This document shows, one piece after another, positions 25,171-39,264 of a stretch of 64,000 nucleotides of DNA. Each line of letters begins with the position of its first letter. Positions within the stretch are counted from its first letter, which is position 1. The translations under genes and the position numbers were made by a program. The stretch comes from Monocercomonoides exilis PA203 (lineage: Eukaryota > Protista > Preaxostyla), in assembly GCA_001643675.2 (NCBI GenBank), contig LSRY02000019.1:1116001-1180000 (forward strand). Direction: 5' to 3'. The notes beneath the pieces were generated by a model. It was not told where the DNA came from, made no database searches, and saw nothing but the letters and a program-made list of their open reading frames with translations.

Positions 25171-27853
25171 ATGAAATCAGCCCTACAACTTACACAAGAA
25201 TCATTGCTTACTGGAGTTCTACCACGATATTATGATCATCATAAGATTTCATTTTCTATTCCTCGTCGAGACAATCGACATAGTTTTGCAATCAATGCCC
25301 TTGCATATCATTCTGAGACTCAAACATTGTATACAGGAGGAAGAGATGCTACAGTACGGGCTTGGTCAATGAGAGGAGTATGCTATTTGCGTTTGTTTTT
25401 GAAAACTTTAGTTTTTAATTTTTATTTTGAAATATCTAACTTTCATAATATTTTTAAGGATTTGAGTGAAATGAGATGTGAAGCTTCTTTTGAAGGGCAT
25501 TTTGATTGGGTCAATGCAATTTGCTTTCTTGAAGGGCACATCAGTTTGTGCAATATATTTCATATTTGAAATTATTTTAAATTAAAACAATTCAAGTGGT
25601 TTCTGCGTCATCCGACAAATCTCTTCAACTTTGGAACATGGCGACTGGACAACTTGTGGGAACTTGCAAAGGCCACACTGACTACGTTAAATGTCTTGTG
25701 TCTGTACCTCATTCTCGAACCTTTTATTCAGCTGGATTAGACGGAAAACTTTTTCGTTGGCAAGCTGTAACATACGAAGTTCCGATGGTATTTAAACCAC
25801 AGACAGTTGCCCAATTCTTAAATGATTCAAAAGAAAGTATTTATGCTTTGGCCTTATCTAAGGATATGCACACAATTGCCGCTTCAACAATAACTGGTAC
25901 AGTTTATATTATTGACACAGGAACGGCCAATTATTTGCGGCAACTTAAACACCCTGATGTAGTGAAAAGTGTTCTCTTTTCAAGTGATGATAAATTCGTA
26001 TGACTAATCTTTCATAATTATTTTTATTTTTTCATCCTCAAACTATATTAATAATGATTATTTTCTTAAAAAAAAATAAATAAATAAAAATACAACCAGA
26101 TTCTCACCGGGTGCAGCGACGGGTGCCTGCGTGTGTGGGATGCGTCCAATCTCGTGTGCCACGTGGAGATCCCCTTCGACGACCCGATCTGGTGCATTGC
26201 GGCCGACGAGATGACGAGGCGAGTTTACACCGCCCACCGCAGCGGCACGATTAGACTGACGGCGTTTGAAGACAGAGGGAGAAAAGGTGCTGTGCCAGAG
26301 AAAACAGCGCCAGAGAGGGAAAAAAAGAGGAAGAGCGATGGGAAGCTGGAGAAGCAGCGGGGCAGCCTGCGGGCAAAGTGGAAAGGCGGGGCAAAAGGAG
26401 GAGGAGGAAACGGGGAACGAGAGAGCGAGGTTGGAGAGAGCAACGATGGGGAGCATCAGAAGGGGAAAGCGGCGACGGTGCCGCTGCATGTGTCTATGCT
26501 GACGCGCCCGACGTTCAAGATCCACTCACGGAGGCCGACGATGAAGGAGCTGAAGATGCTGCAGAAGCGGCAGAGGAGGAAAGCGCAGATCATTGCGGAG
26601 AAGCGGAGAGAGAGGGAGATGGAGCGGATTGTGCGGAGGAGAGAGAGGGAGGAGAGGAGGGAGAAGAGGATGAAGGAGAAGGCGGATGCAGAAAGGGTTG
26701 AAAAAGAAAGGGGGAAGAATGCGAACAAAGAGAAAGAAGTGCACAAGGAAGAAGAAGAAGAAGGCAATGAACGAAAAGAGAATGGCGCTGATAAAACTGA
26801 AGTTTCATTAACAGCAGCGCATGCTTATGAATCCGATGCCTCCACATCCTCCATCAGCACATCCAGTTCAGATGAGACAATTTCCTCTGTCCACACTTCA
26901 GAAATTGACATCTCAAGCTCTTCTTCTTCTGACGATGAAGACGAAGAAGACGCAGAAAGTTTGTTGCTTGCTGAGCAGAATGCGAACGAAAGGCGGGGTT
27001 CTCTTCAGCAGAATCAACAGAAACAACAACAACAACAACAGAATGAACAGCAAATACGACAGAGAAGCAAAAGGCAGCAGCAGACAAGAAGAACGGCGGG
27101 CATACTCAGCATGATTATGATTGAGAAGCGCAATCCATCCACTGGAATCAAAGAGAGCTGGCTGGTTGTGTCTACGTCGGATAGAACACTCGAATTCTGG
27201 GTATGTGGAATATATGTGGATATGAATTTTTGTTAATTTTAAACAAAAAAAGAAAGAATAATTCTGTTGATAATGAGTATTTTATAGTTGTGCAAGAGAT
27301 TGAGAGATGGACTTTTTATCTAAAAATTTATTTATACTTGATAGTTTTTAATTATTGTTATTCCTTTTTATTCTTCATTAAAAAATATCTTATTTTTTTC
27401 AAAAATCTTTTAATACATCATTTCACTTCTCTCTCCTCCCTTCTTCAGCCCGTCTTCTACTCCCGCGCACAGCCCACATTCCGTCTCCCCAAGCACGTGA
27501 TGATCAGTGACATTGGCCTTGTGGAGCATTCAGTGCTTCCAGACAGAAGACACATCCTCACCCGCGACGAAGCGAATATGGTGTGTCTGTGGGACGTGCT
27601 GACAGGGAGGATGATGAAGGAGCTGGGAAGGGGGAGCATAGAGGAATACGAGGCGATTTTCCCGAAGCCAACAGAGTACAGAGCGAAGTGGTTCACTGCA
27701 GACACGAGAATTGGGGTGTGGAGGAGTTGTGTGTGTGGTTGTGAGTGTGTTTTAATGATGAATTTATTGTTATTTTTTTTCCTTTTATTGTTTCATATAG
27801 TTTATTTTTCTTTATTTTGTGCTTGTATATCATTTGTCGGTTTTTATTCTATT

Positions 27854-27893
<40 letters not shown>

Positions 27894-30058
27894 TTTTTAA
27901 ATTTATTAATAATGTAAATGCAGTGTCTGACAATCACAATGGAGATTCCTGCCTGTTTTCGCTGTGCATATGCTGTGTTTAAGAAGATACCGAAGCGACT
28001 TTCAAAAAAAAAGAGAAAGGAAGAAAGAGAGAGAAGAAAGAGAGAAAGAAAAGAAAAACAAAAGTTGAGAGAACAAAAGAGAAAGACAGGGGCAGATTCG
28101 TCTTCTGAAAGGGAATTGCTTGATGAAAGTGAAGAAGAAGAAGAAGAAGAAGAGGATGAGGAGGAGGAGGAGGAAGACGAAGAAGAGGAGGAAGACGAAG
28201 AAGAGGAGGAAGACGAAGAATACAACAAAGAAGGAATACAAGGAAATGGAGGAAGTGGAAGAGGAGGAGTGGGAAATGAAGAAGAAGATGCCAATGATGA
28301 ATTGGAGGGAGAAGAGGAAGAGATATGCGAGCTGGTGAATTTGGGTGAAGAGTGCCTGCTGAACCTGTTTGAGACATGGGATGGCATTGAAGAATCGCCT
28401 CCTCGTATGCTAATTACTTTTCTTTTTTTTTCTTTTTCCTATTTTAATTTCTTGTTCATTTTTTCCCCCATTAATTTATTAATCATGTAATGTTTTGAAT
28501 TTTGTATTTTGGATATGCTCATATCCTTTGACTTCAATTTTTGCTGATGGGCTTATTTTTGTTTTGATATATTGTAAATTTTTAATTCTCTTTGTGTTTA
28601 AACCCTCTTCCAACATCATTTTTTCACATTGTTTTTATTCATGTCCATCACAAATATTAAATTCTTTTTTTTGTCTTTTTTTTCCCCCTTTCTCTAACAG
28701 CTCCTCCTGTTATTCCTTGGACTGAAACAGGTGAATACATTCCACCTGTTGATCCACAAAGCATCAAGCAACATGAACAGCCCAACGCTCTTCCACCTCT
28801 TCCTGTGTGCAAACTTATTATTTTCTCAAGAGATTTCATTTTGTTCTATTTAAATAAATCTTTCTTTTTTTAATATCATAAATGTCTTTTATTTTCAATT
28901 TATTGTTCCGTAACAACCACTTTCAAATATGCAATTCATTCATTGCCTTTGCTTATAATCTATTAAATACTTAACTATTATATATATACATATTCATTCG
29001 TGCAAACGCCTTTCAAACAATCCCTCCACATTCCTTCCTCTTCCCCTCCTTCCCCCCTTAACCCCTTTCCACCTTCCCTGCTTCCCTTTCCTATTCAGAT
29101 CTTCCCCCCAAACACCAGCATCGTCTGCTTTGATGAGACAGGGCAGGTTGTCTTGCGAAGCTATGTGGCTCAGCTGAGAGGCTTGCGCTATGCCACTGCT
29201 GCCCCTCCTTCTCAGCCACTTGTGGTTAATTCATCTCAACAACTGCTTCCTCCATCCGCTCCTTCTGCACATCCATATTCATCTCCTGCATCATCATCAT
29301 CATCATCATCTTCTTCCACTTCAGCACCATCTTCTTCACCCGCTGCAGATGCTCCTGGAACAGCCCTTGGAATGCAATCATCAGGTTTGGCGCCAGCATC
29401 TTCCCCATCTTCAATCCTTCCCCCAATCACAATCTCCAACCCAACAACATACCCTCCTTCTTCTCAGCCTTATCAGTCTTCTTCTTTCTCTTCTTCTTCT
29501 TCTTATTCGTCTTCTTCATCTTCTCAGTCATCTCCTTCTGCAGAGTCTGAAGGCAAGCGCTTCAACGAAGTGCAGCGGATCCCTCGCTGGCTGGCGATGC
29601 TCCTTTTGAAAGGGGAATTTCCGTCTCCGCCAGTTTTGGTCTCCTTCCAGCTCGTTCACATCGCATCTCCTCCGCTTTCTGCACTCCCTGGCCCTTCTTT
29701 CTACCACCCTTTCACCTCACCTGTGGGTGCTCCTCCAACACACATCATCAACATCGGCACGTTCTCTTTCTCAGCCACGGAACACTTGCTTGCTTCAACC
29801 ATCCACACGTTTCTGCACCAGAGCTATTTGGCTCTTGTAGAGTCAGCCCCGCCCGCGGCAGTGGCAGCAGCGAATGCAGCGATTGGAGGGCTTGCAAAGG
29901 GGCAGAACCTGGCGAGTCTTATTCATCCGACTGATATTGCTCTGTCTTGCAATGGGATTTCGATTAATTTGTGGGACACACTTGCCACAATAAAGAACAT
30001 GCTGTGGTGCAAAGGAGAGCCTGTGGTTATTAACTATCATCCGTCCAGGTGCAAATGA
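25171..30058 (+). CDS. WDR48: WD40-repeat deubiquitinase cofactor WDR48/UAF1-like; multi-exon
   Basis: Motifs across exons: INALAY..LYTGGRDATVRAW, EGHFDWVNAI, GHTDYVKCL, KESIYALA, DRRHILTRD...V.LWDVL, WFTADTRIG, VNLGE..L..LF, and the C-terminal SCNG...TLATIK..LW.KG..V.INY. Confidence 0.85.
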
Positions 30059-31039
30059 AATCAACTGTGACGAAGTTTCAATTTTTGGACAAACATTTTG
30101 TGATATTTCGTGTATATTTGGGAAAAGCATTTCATTGTGTGTAATTTTTTTTGGTTTTTGTTTGTTGTTTTTGTTGTTGATATTTGCATAGCTTTTTTTT
30201 GTTTTATTCAAACAAAGAATTTATGTTTATCCGAATAAAATAACGCTTGTTATTTGTTTTACAAAACTTAGAGCTGCATTTATTACATTTAAAAAGAATT
30301 TGGAAAAGTTAATATTCAAGACCAATTGGTATTCATAACACAAACTCTCTATTTTGAAAACTTTAAATTTTCTTTGCTCAAGCTCTTGAAACAAGACAAT
30401 GTCAAGAGAATAAACAAAGATATGACAAAACGTTTCAGACTTATTCTGCAATTAACTGAATTTTTTCCCTCATTCTTCAATAAATAAAATGTGTTAATCA
30501 TCAAGAAATGAAAAATTTTTGAATAATGATATTTTTTTTTGGAACTATGAGAGATGCAATTAATACATTTCTGAATTAATCAAAAAAAAAAAAAAAAAAA
30601 AGAAAGAAAGAAAGAAAAATTCCTTAACTGTGTGATATTTGTCAAAATAATTTTCTCTTCTTATTGAATAAAAATAATTCCGAAAGAATTGTAATGTTTG
30701 TTCATATGATTTGTGATTTTTGGTGAACGCTTTTGGAAAAATATTTTTTTAATGCACTTCTCGCCTCTCTGACATGAGTCAAAAAAATGCAAAAGTGATC
30801 AAATTCAATTAAAATTAATGAAGATTTTAACAATTATATTTTTATCAAGATTTCCCACTTTGAGATCATTCGATCAAACATTTATGAAATCTCTTGAACC
30901 TTAATTAGTTACCAAAACGATATTTTTTTCTTTCACAGCTTTTACTCATTTTAAACTTTCAATATTTGTGCTTCAAAGCAATCTATTTTTTTGTACTACT
31001 GGATTTTAAAAGATATCATAAGATCTTACGTTTCAGACA

Positions 31040-33401
31040 ATGAATACGTTATCAGAAAAAGAGGATAAGTCTTTTCGGCAGCCTCGCCAAGGAGCAAAGC
31101 ATAAAAAAGGCTCAAACTCTGCAAAAAGAAAACGCGAAAAAAGAAAAGATGAAACAAAACATTTAGACGAAGAAAATGTTGAATCTCGGACTTCTCATTG
31201 CAATCCAACTCAGCATTTGCAGCCTCCTCCATTAACGCAACAAGTTTCATCAACTCCCGCAAATACCGTTTTGGACAGAACTCAAACAATATCCACAAGT
31301 ACTACTACATCGATGACACAAACAGTTTCGTCAGATTCCAACTCTTCTCATCTGTCTTCATCTCTCTTCATTCCCCCATGTCCGTTCAGCCTCAGTAAAA
31401 CTTATGGCAGCGAAGACGAGCAACTTGTTCAATCTCGTGCATTAACTGATTTATCAAACGGAGATGAGATGGATGATTCTTCTGATTCACTGATGTCGTT
31501 ATCCGCTTTGAGCAGCAAACCAAGAACTCCTCCATCTCGAAGACTTGATTTTGATGACGACGATGAAGCTCCTTTATCATTTATAGCAGGAAGCGAGACG
31601 GTTCATCGCAAGCACAATTCATTGAGTGAAGTGGTGCGTGATGAATGGAGCAGATCTGCCACACTACCAGCGTCTATGAACCAGACTCATTCTCCCCCAA
31701 GAATCAACAGAATAAACACATTGCGTCCACACCACGAAATGCCTGCGATGGAGTCGCACTTGCAAAGAGCAGCAACGACAGACCTATCCTCCCGACCGAC
31801 CATCAACGAAATCCTTGATGGCACATCCCCCTTCACTTCTCCGCTTCTTGAGCCAATGCAGTCCTCCTCCTCTTCCTCTTCATCGTTCGGGTACTTTCTG
31901 GAGAGCATCGACCGCTCGCGCCCGCCAGGAAGCCTGGGCGTCTCTGCGGAGTTCCCCATCACTGACACGAAAGAGAAGCCTGCGTCGCAGCTGGAGCTAC
32001 CTCCGTCATCTCTGCGCCACACAACCAACAGCGCTTCTGAAGACAGCCACAGCGACGGAGCAAGCGATGTGCAGAGCCGAATGGCAGAGGCGATGAAGAC
32101 GCCTGCATCAGAGTACATCGACAGCTTCGGCGGGTCGGCCCATTCGCCTCCCAGCGCTTTCTCAACAACAGCAGCAGCAGCACTGGCTCCGTTCTCGTCG
32201 GGAGTGTATTTGGGTCTTGGAAAAGATGATGGAATGAGTTCGGGTTTGTTGGGGGATAATTCACAACAACAAATGCAGACACAGTTTCTGCTCTCTTCTT
32301 CGTCCTCATCATCGTTCTTGTCTTCGATGTCTTCGCTTTCTCCTTCCAAATCGCCTTCACCGTCTCCAGATGGCTCTCCAATCTTGTCTCCTCCTTTTCC
32401 TTCGCCTGCTTCCTCAATCATTTCATCGTCGTCATCATCATCAGCCTCAGTATCGGGATCATCATCAGCTTCATCATCACCTGCAGTAATCTCTGCCTCT
32501 TCTTCTTCCGCTTCCTCTTCCTCCTCTTCCTTCTCCTCCTCACAATCCACCTTCCTTCGAGCCAACATCCAAAGAAAAGTGTCAATGGGCACGTCACATT
32601 CCCCTTTCCACGGCATTTCGCCTGACGAGCAGCTCATTCTCCTCTCTGAACCGCCTCTTCCTTCTCTTTTTTCATCGCAATCTGCCTTTTCTGACCAGTT
32701 TTTGGCACAAATTCCAGCTTTCTCAGCTCCGTCTGGATCTTCATCAGCATTAGCTTCTTCTCTTTCTTCGTCTTCTTTGTCTTTATCATCATCGCCTTCT
32801 TCTTCTTCTTCCTCCTCCTCTTCCTCAGCTGCCAACAACAACAACACATCATCATCATCATCCTCTTCTTCCTCTTCCTCTTCTTCCTCTTCTCCTTCTC
32901 CTCCTCACCTCTCCCGCAAGTCTGTCAATGAACTCTCCCGTTCTTCCACTCTTGCCTCTGAAGAAACCATCTCCACTGCCTCTACAAGCTCTTCTTCTTT
33001 CTCCACATTCGTCCCCACCCTTCCTCATTCCATTCTTCCCACTGAGCCTCTTGTATTGAAAACACCTGACAAACACAGTTTTTGCCAGGGAGCTATTAGA
33101 GCTACGTCTTTTTCGGCGTCGGCTTTAGCTTCATTGGCTTCTTCTTCTTCTTCTTCTTCTCTTTCTCCTTCTCCTTCCTCTTCTTTCCCTTCCTCAACTT
33201 TTTCTGCGATTATTTCCTCGTCCTCTTCTCCTTCCTCTTCTCCTTCTCCTTCTCCTCGTTATTCCCCCGTTTCTTCTCCTTCCTTCTCTGAAAGTGCCAT
33301 CAACCCGTCTCCTCCTTCTCTCTGCTTGTCACACACCACAAACCACACTGCAAATAGCGAACAAGGAAACTGCTTTGCTTATTCATTGAATAACAATAGC
33401 A

Positions 33402-33435
<34 letters not shown>

Positions 33436-34390
33436 TATCAGTTTCTACCCACTTGCTGTGAGTCCTTCTGATCCCAGGGCAGCTAATGCAAATATGATAA
33501 TTGCTTCTTCTTCTTCTTCTTCTTCTTCTGCTGCTGCTTCTTCTTCTGCTTCTTCTGTTTCTTCTATTGCTACTCCTCCTCGTTCTCTTCCTCCTCCTTC
33601 CTCTTCTTCTTCCTCAGCATATTACATTACACCTCCTTATCTTCCTTCGTTCTATGCATCATCATCTTCATCATCACCATCTTCACAATCACAATCACAA
33701 ACAATATCATCATCATCATCTTCTTCTTCTTCTCTTTCACCATCATCTATAACAACACCAGCATTTCCTTCATCATCATCATCATCTTTATCTTCTTCTT
33801 TATCTTCTTCTTCTTCTTTATCTTCTTCTTCTTCTTTACCTCCTTCCTCTTCTTCCTCTTCCTCTCCCTCAAACACTTCATTCACCAACACTTACAATGT
33901 CACATCAGTTGCTCGTATGCCTTCACACTTCCCTTCCAACACTCCATTCACCCCCAATCACACTCACACCCACAATAACACTCACAATAACACGCACAAT
34001 CACAGCTCTTTGCCTCCACTTCCTCCTTCTTCTTCCTCTTCTTCTTCCTCCTCCTCCTCTTCTTCTTCTCATCATCATCATTCTTCTTCAAATTCTCTTT
34101 CTTCTCCATACACTTCATCATCATCCACATATTCTTCTTCCTCTCTTTCTTCTCCTTTGCCTTCCTCTTCCTCCTCTTCCTCTTCCTCTTCCTCTTCTCA
34201 TCTTCCATATGATGATTCATTAAATTCCAGTCACCAGCACACTTTCTCTTTCAATCAAAACCATTTCAACAAGGAATTCCACAAAACCTCTCAAAATGTG
34301 ATGAATTCTGATGTTTATTACCCTTTTTCACCTGCTGGAATGAATGGAATACCAACATCATCATCAAATTCTTCTTCTTCTTTGCCTTCT

Positions 34391-34425
<35 letters not shown>

Positions 34426-37400
34426 TACCTCTGCCAACCAATCAGAGCCAATTTCATTCAGAATCCATTCTTCTGCATATTCCTCCATTCCACCTGCCAT
34501 TTCAGCAACTTCTTCATTCAATTCCCCCACCTCTTCCATCACAAAGACACAAACATCGACTTCTTCTGCTTCTTCTGCTTCAACTGCTACTTCTTCTTCT
34601 TCCTCTTCTTCATTGTCTTCCTCTTCCTCCTCTTCTTCTAATTCATCATCATCATCTTCTTCTTCCTCTTCCTCCTCCTCCTCCTCTTCTTCTTCTTCCT
34701 CCTCTTCTTCTCCTTATTCCTCCACCCGCCATCTCACCATCGCCACAGCCCCAACTGAATCCCATGCTCTTCTTTCTTACTCCTCCAACCTCAGCTTCCC
34801 TTCCCTTCACTCCCTTCCTTCTGCTTTTGACTCCACACGCACTTTCTCTTCCCCTAAATCTTCTCTTTTCCTCGTCTCTGCCTCGCTTCCAGGCTCTGCT
34901 ATGAATTCCCCTTCCCCTTCCCCTTCTCATTCTCCTTTTCCTTCGCCTTCTTCTTCTTCTTCCTCTTCCCCTTCTTCTTCCCCTTCTTCTTCATCTTCCC
35001 CTTCTTCTTCTCCTTCTTCTCCTTCTCATAGAGCAATGACATCTGACATGTTATACACTTCCTATTCTGGCACCAATAATTACACGAATTACACGAATTA
35101 TGGGAATTATGGAAATTATGCTAATTCTATTGGATCTTTTGCTCCTTCTTCAAATGAAATGAATCTTCCTGTTAGCAACTGCTTATCATTGACTAATAAA
35201 ACGCAACAGATTAATTCTTCATCTGAGCAGCAGGTGTTTAATAGAAACACTGTTAATACTGCTTCTTCTTCTGCTTCTTCTTCATTAACATCATCATCAT
35301 CATCTTCTTCTACCTCTTCTTCTCTTCCAAATAACAATGTTATTAATACCAGCAGCAGTAATATTGCATCATTGAATACGAGCAGGAAGCATAAGAGGCG
35401 TAACAAGCATAGACATCATCATCATCATCATCATCATCGTCATCATCAGAACACACAAGATAATAATAAGCAAGAAATGAAACAAGAAAATGAAGAGGAA
35501 GAAGGGAATAAAGAAAATAAGGAGGATAAAGAGAAAGAGGAGAAATTAGAAAATAATCCGAAGAAGAAGAAGGAGAAGATTAACAAACAACAAGAAGTTC
35601 AAAAGAAACATAACAATCACAAACATAAGCATAATCATCAACATCATAAACGCATTCATCAACAGCTAAGTCATCATCATCATCATCATCATTATCACAA
35701 TTGCCTTCGTAATAGAATGTCCCATCAGAAACAACATCTGAAGCAACTTCAACATCAACTTGATTCGAAACACGCACACGAGAAAGGACAGAAAGAAAAC
35801 AGTGCAAAATCAAAGGTTTTGTTTTGTTTTTATTTAATTCAGTTTTATTTTATTCAATTTTGATTTCTTGTTTTCTTTTTCTTTTTTATTCAAATTCTCA
35901 TTCTCTTTTTCATTTTTGATAATTTTTTTATTTTTCATAAACACATTCTTTTTCTAATTCTCTTTCTTATTAAAAAAGAATTCACACAAACAAAGCCAGA
36001 ACGATATATCCAATCATCAAAGCCAAAGTCAAAGCCAAAATCATCATCAACATCACCACCACCATCATCGTCGTGTTCATTCTGATCAAAATAATCTCAA
36101 TAAAACATATGCTCAAATTCACATTTCTCAACAGGAGCTACAAGAAGAAGAGAAAGAAGAGAAAGAAGAGAAGCAACAAATAGAAGAACATTATGAACAA
36201 AACGAAAAACATGAACATAATCATGAAGTTAATCTTCAACAACATCATCATCAGCATAATCATGAACGTCCACATACCCATCAAACAAAAGAAGATGGAG
36301 AAATAAAAGAGGAGAAAAATGATTTGAAATTGGATTTGACAAGGAATGTGAGTGAAACAACAGAAAAGAAGAAGGAAAAAGATGAAAAAGATGAAAGAGA
36401 AGAAAAAGAAGAAAATTTGGATAATAAAGAAGGAAATAAGAAGAAAGAAGGAGAAAAACAAGAAGAAACTAGAGATGACAAAGAAAACGAACAAAATATC
36501 AATAGAAAGGGCAGCACAACAAGCAATCACTCAAATTCTGATTCATCAATCAAAATTGATAAGGATGCAAGTGTTGTGTGTGAAAGTAATGAGATTGAGC
36601 ATACTCAACAGTATTCTTCTTCTTCTGCTTCCTCTTCTTCCTCTTCTTCCTCTTCTTCCTCTTCTTCCTCTTCTTCCTCTTCTTCAAATGAAATAGAACC
36701 ATTGAATAGCTCAGTAACAGCAGAAAAGAAAGTTGAAATCAATGAAGACAAAACAAATGAAAGGAAAGGAGTGAAAGAAGAGAAAACAAAAGAAAACAAA
36801 GAAAACAAAGAAAAGAGTATCAAAACACAAGAAGGCGAAGAAAATGGTAAAGAACTTCAGCTTATAACATCTTCTTCTTCTTCTTCTTCTTCCTCATCTT
36901 CTTCCTCTCCTTCTTCAATTATCATGAAAGATGAAATGCCAAAGAAGAGAAGAAGCAGAAGCAATGTGTCTATACATTCTTCTTCTTTATTATCTTCTTC
37001 TTATTCTTCTTATTCATCTCTTTCTCCTTCTCCTTCTCGTTCACCTTCTCCTTCTCCCTCTCAGCTTTCTGTTTATTCTTATTCTTCGGAATCGCTTTCT
37101 TCCTCTCCTTCCTATTCTTCTCTGTCTGATAACTCATCATTCTCTTCCTCTGCTTCATTTGCTTCTTCTTCTTCTTCTTCTTCTTCATTTTCTTCTTCTC
37201 TAATTTCCTCTTCTCCTCCTCCTTCTCCATCTTCTCTTTCTTCTTCTTCTCTCTCTTCTTCTTTCTCCTCCTCCTTCTCTTCTTCTTCTTCCCCTTCCCA
37301 TTCCCTTTCACTCAACAATGGTTACTCCCATTTCACTCATATTGGAATTTCTTCTTCTTCTTCCTCTTCTTCCTCTTCCTCTTCTTCCTCCTCCTCTTCC

Positions 37401-39233
37401 TCTTCCTCTTCTCCTTCTCATTCGTTGCCTTCTTCTTGCTCTTCCTTCACGCCAGCTGATGAAGACCTTCATCATCTTCTGCAGGCAGCATCGCAGAAGA
37501 AGAAGTATTTGCTGCTTGGGCAGAAACACAAGAGAAGCGGGAAAGTAATGAAGGATGATGGAAGAGGAGAAGGAGAAGAAGGAGAAGAGAATGAGAAGAA
37601 GAATGAAATGTGTAAGAGAACAGAGCTAAGAGTGAGAAAAGGGAAAGAAAAAGAAGGAGAAAGAAAGAAAGGGAAAGAATCAAAGCCAGAATCAGAATCA
37701 GAGTCATATGATGACATCGACATCGAAGCCGGCACAGCGTATGAAGCGCTTCGTTTAGAGGCCAAATCAAAGATGCTGACACAACTGCTCAAAAGGCCAA
37801 TACGAAATCCTTTCCACAGATATTCTCCTTCTCTTGCTTCGATTGAATTCATCCAGCATCCAATGAATAATCTATTGAGAAAGTGGAATGTTGGGTTTGG
37901 GCAGCTGAAGGAGGAGGAAAGAGAAGGAGAAGGAGAAGGAAGAGGAGAAGGAAGAGGAGAAAATGGAGGAGGAAGTGATAAAGGAGGGATGGGAATGCTG
38001 ACTTCATCACATTCTAAACAGTCTGGGAATAATTGGGGACATCATGTTAATTCTTCTTCTTCTTCTTCTTCTTCTTCTTCTTCTTCTTCTTCTTCTTCTT
38101 CTTCTTCTTCTTCTTCTTCTTCTTCTTCTTCTTCTTCTTCTTCTTCTTCTGCTCCTTCAAACTCTGCCTCTCTTTCTTCTCTGTCTCTTAGCAGCTATTC
38201 TCCTTTCCCTTCCTCTTTCTCTCCCACAGTCACATTTGAAGTCAGAAAGGAAATAAACAATGCAATTCACACCCCTCTCTCTAAAAGCATAGGAATAAAC
38301 AATGAAATCAAACCAACTGCTTCTTCTTCTTCTTCTTCTTCTTCTCCGTCTTCTTTTATTTCTTCTTCAATTCCTTCATCATCATCATCATCTTCTTCTT
38401 CTTCTTCAAATTCTTCTTCTTCTTCTTCCTCTACCACAACTTCTCCTTCCTCCTCCTCCTCCTCCTCCTTCATTTCCTCATCCAATCCATCAGATGTCGA
38501 TTCTCTTTCCTTTTTGGTGCCTTCTTCTCTTCAGCACCTTTCTTTTGCTCTTTCATCTTCTCCCAGCAACTCAAGCGGAATATTTCGGATGCCTTCCAAT
38601 GGCATTTCTTCTCCTTCTCTCGCTTTCCAGTACAACCCCACTTCAATGTATTCTTCTTCCGCTGTTGGCAATATGCTTTCTTCATCATCTTCATCATCAT
38701 CTTCTTCTTCCTCCTCCTCTTCTTCCTCTTCTCTTTCTCCTTCCTCATTCACACTTCACCCAAACACCATCACATCTCCTTCTTCCTCCACACACTCAAC
38801 GTCTTCTTCTTCCTCCTCTTCTTTCGCTTCTTCTTCTTCTTCTTCTTCTTCTTCTTTTCCCTCGTCATTTCCACATCAACCAGCTATTAGTTTGTACTCC
38901 CCAGTTCTCAACGATTTTCCTTCTGGCATTTATTCACCTTCTCTTAATGCATTTTCTCCTCTACAGTCAACACCTTCTAATTCTTCTGCTTTATCAAATT
39001 CATTATCATCATCTTCATCGTCAGCATCGTCTTCTTCCTCCTCTTCTTCTTCTCAAAACAGATCTCAACCTCAACAAACAAGCAAGTTGTATCTTCTTCT
39101 TCAACAACCAAACCAACCACAAAATCAATTGCAACTTCAGTCTCTTCATCAACCTCATCATCAAAATCTTCAAAATCTTCAAAATCTTCAAAATCTTCAA
39201 ACTTTTAATCAAAATCTCAATCAACAGCAGCAA

Positions 39234-39264
<31 letters not shown>

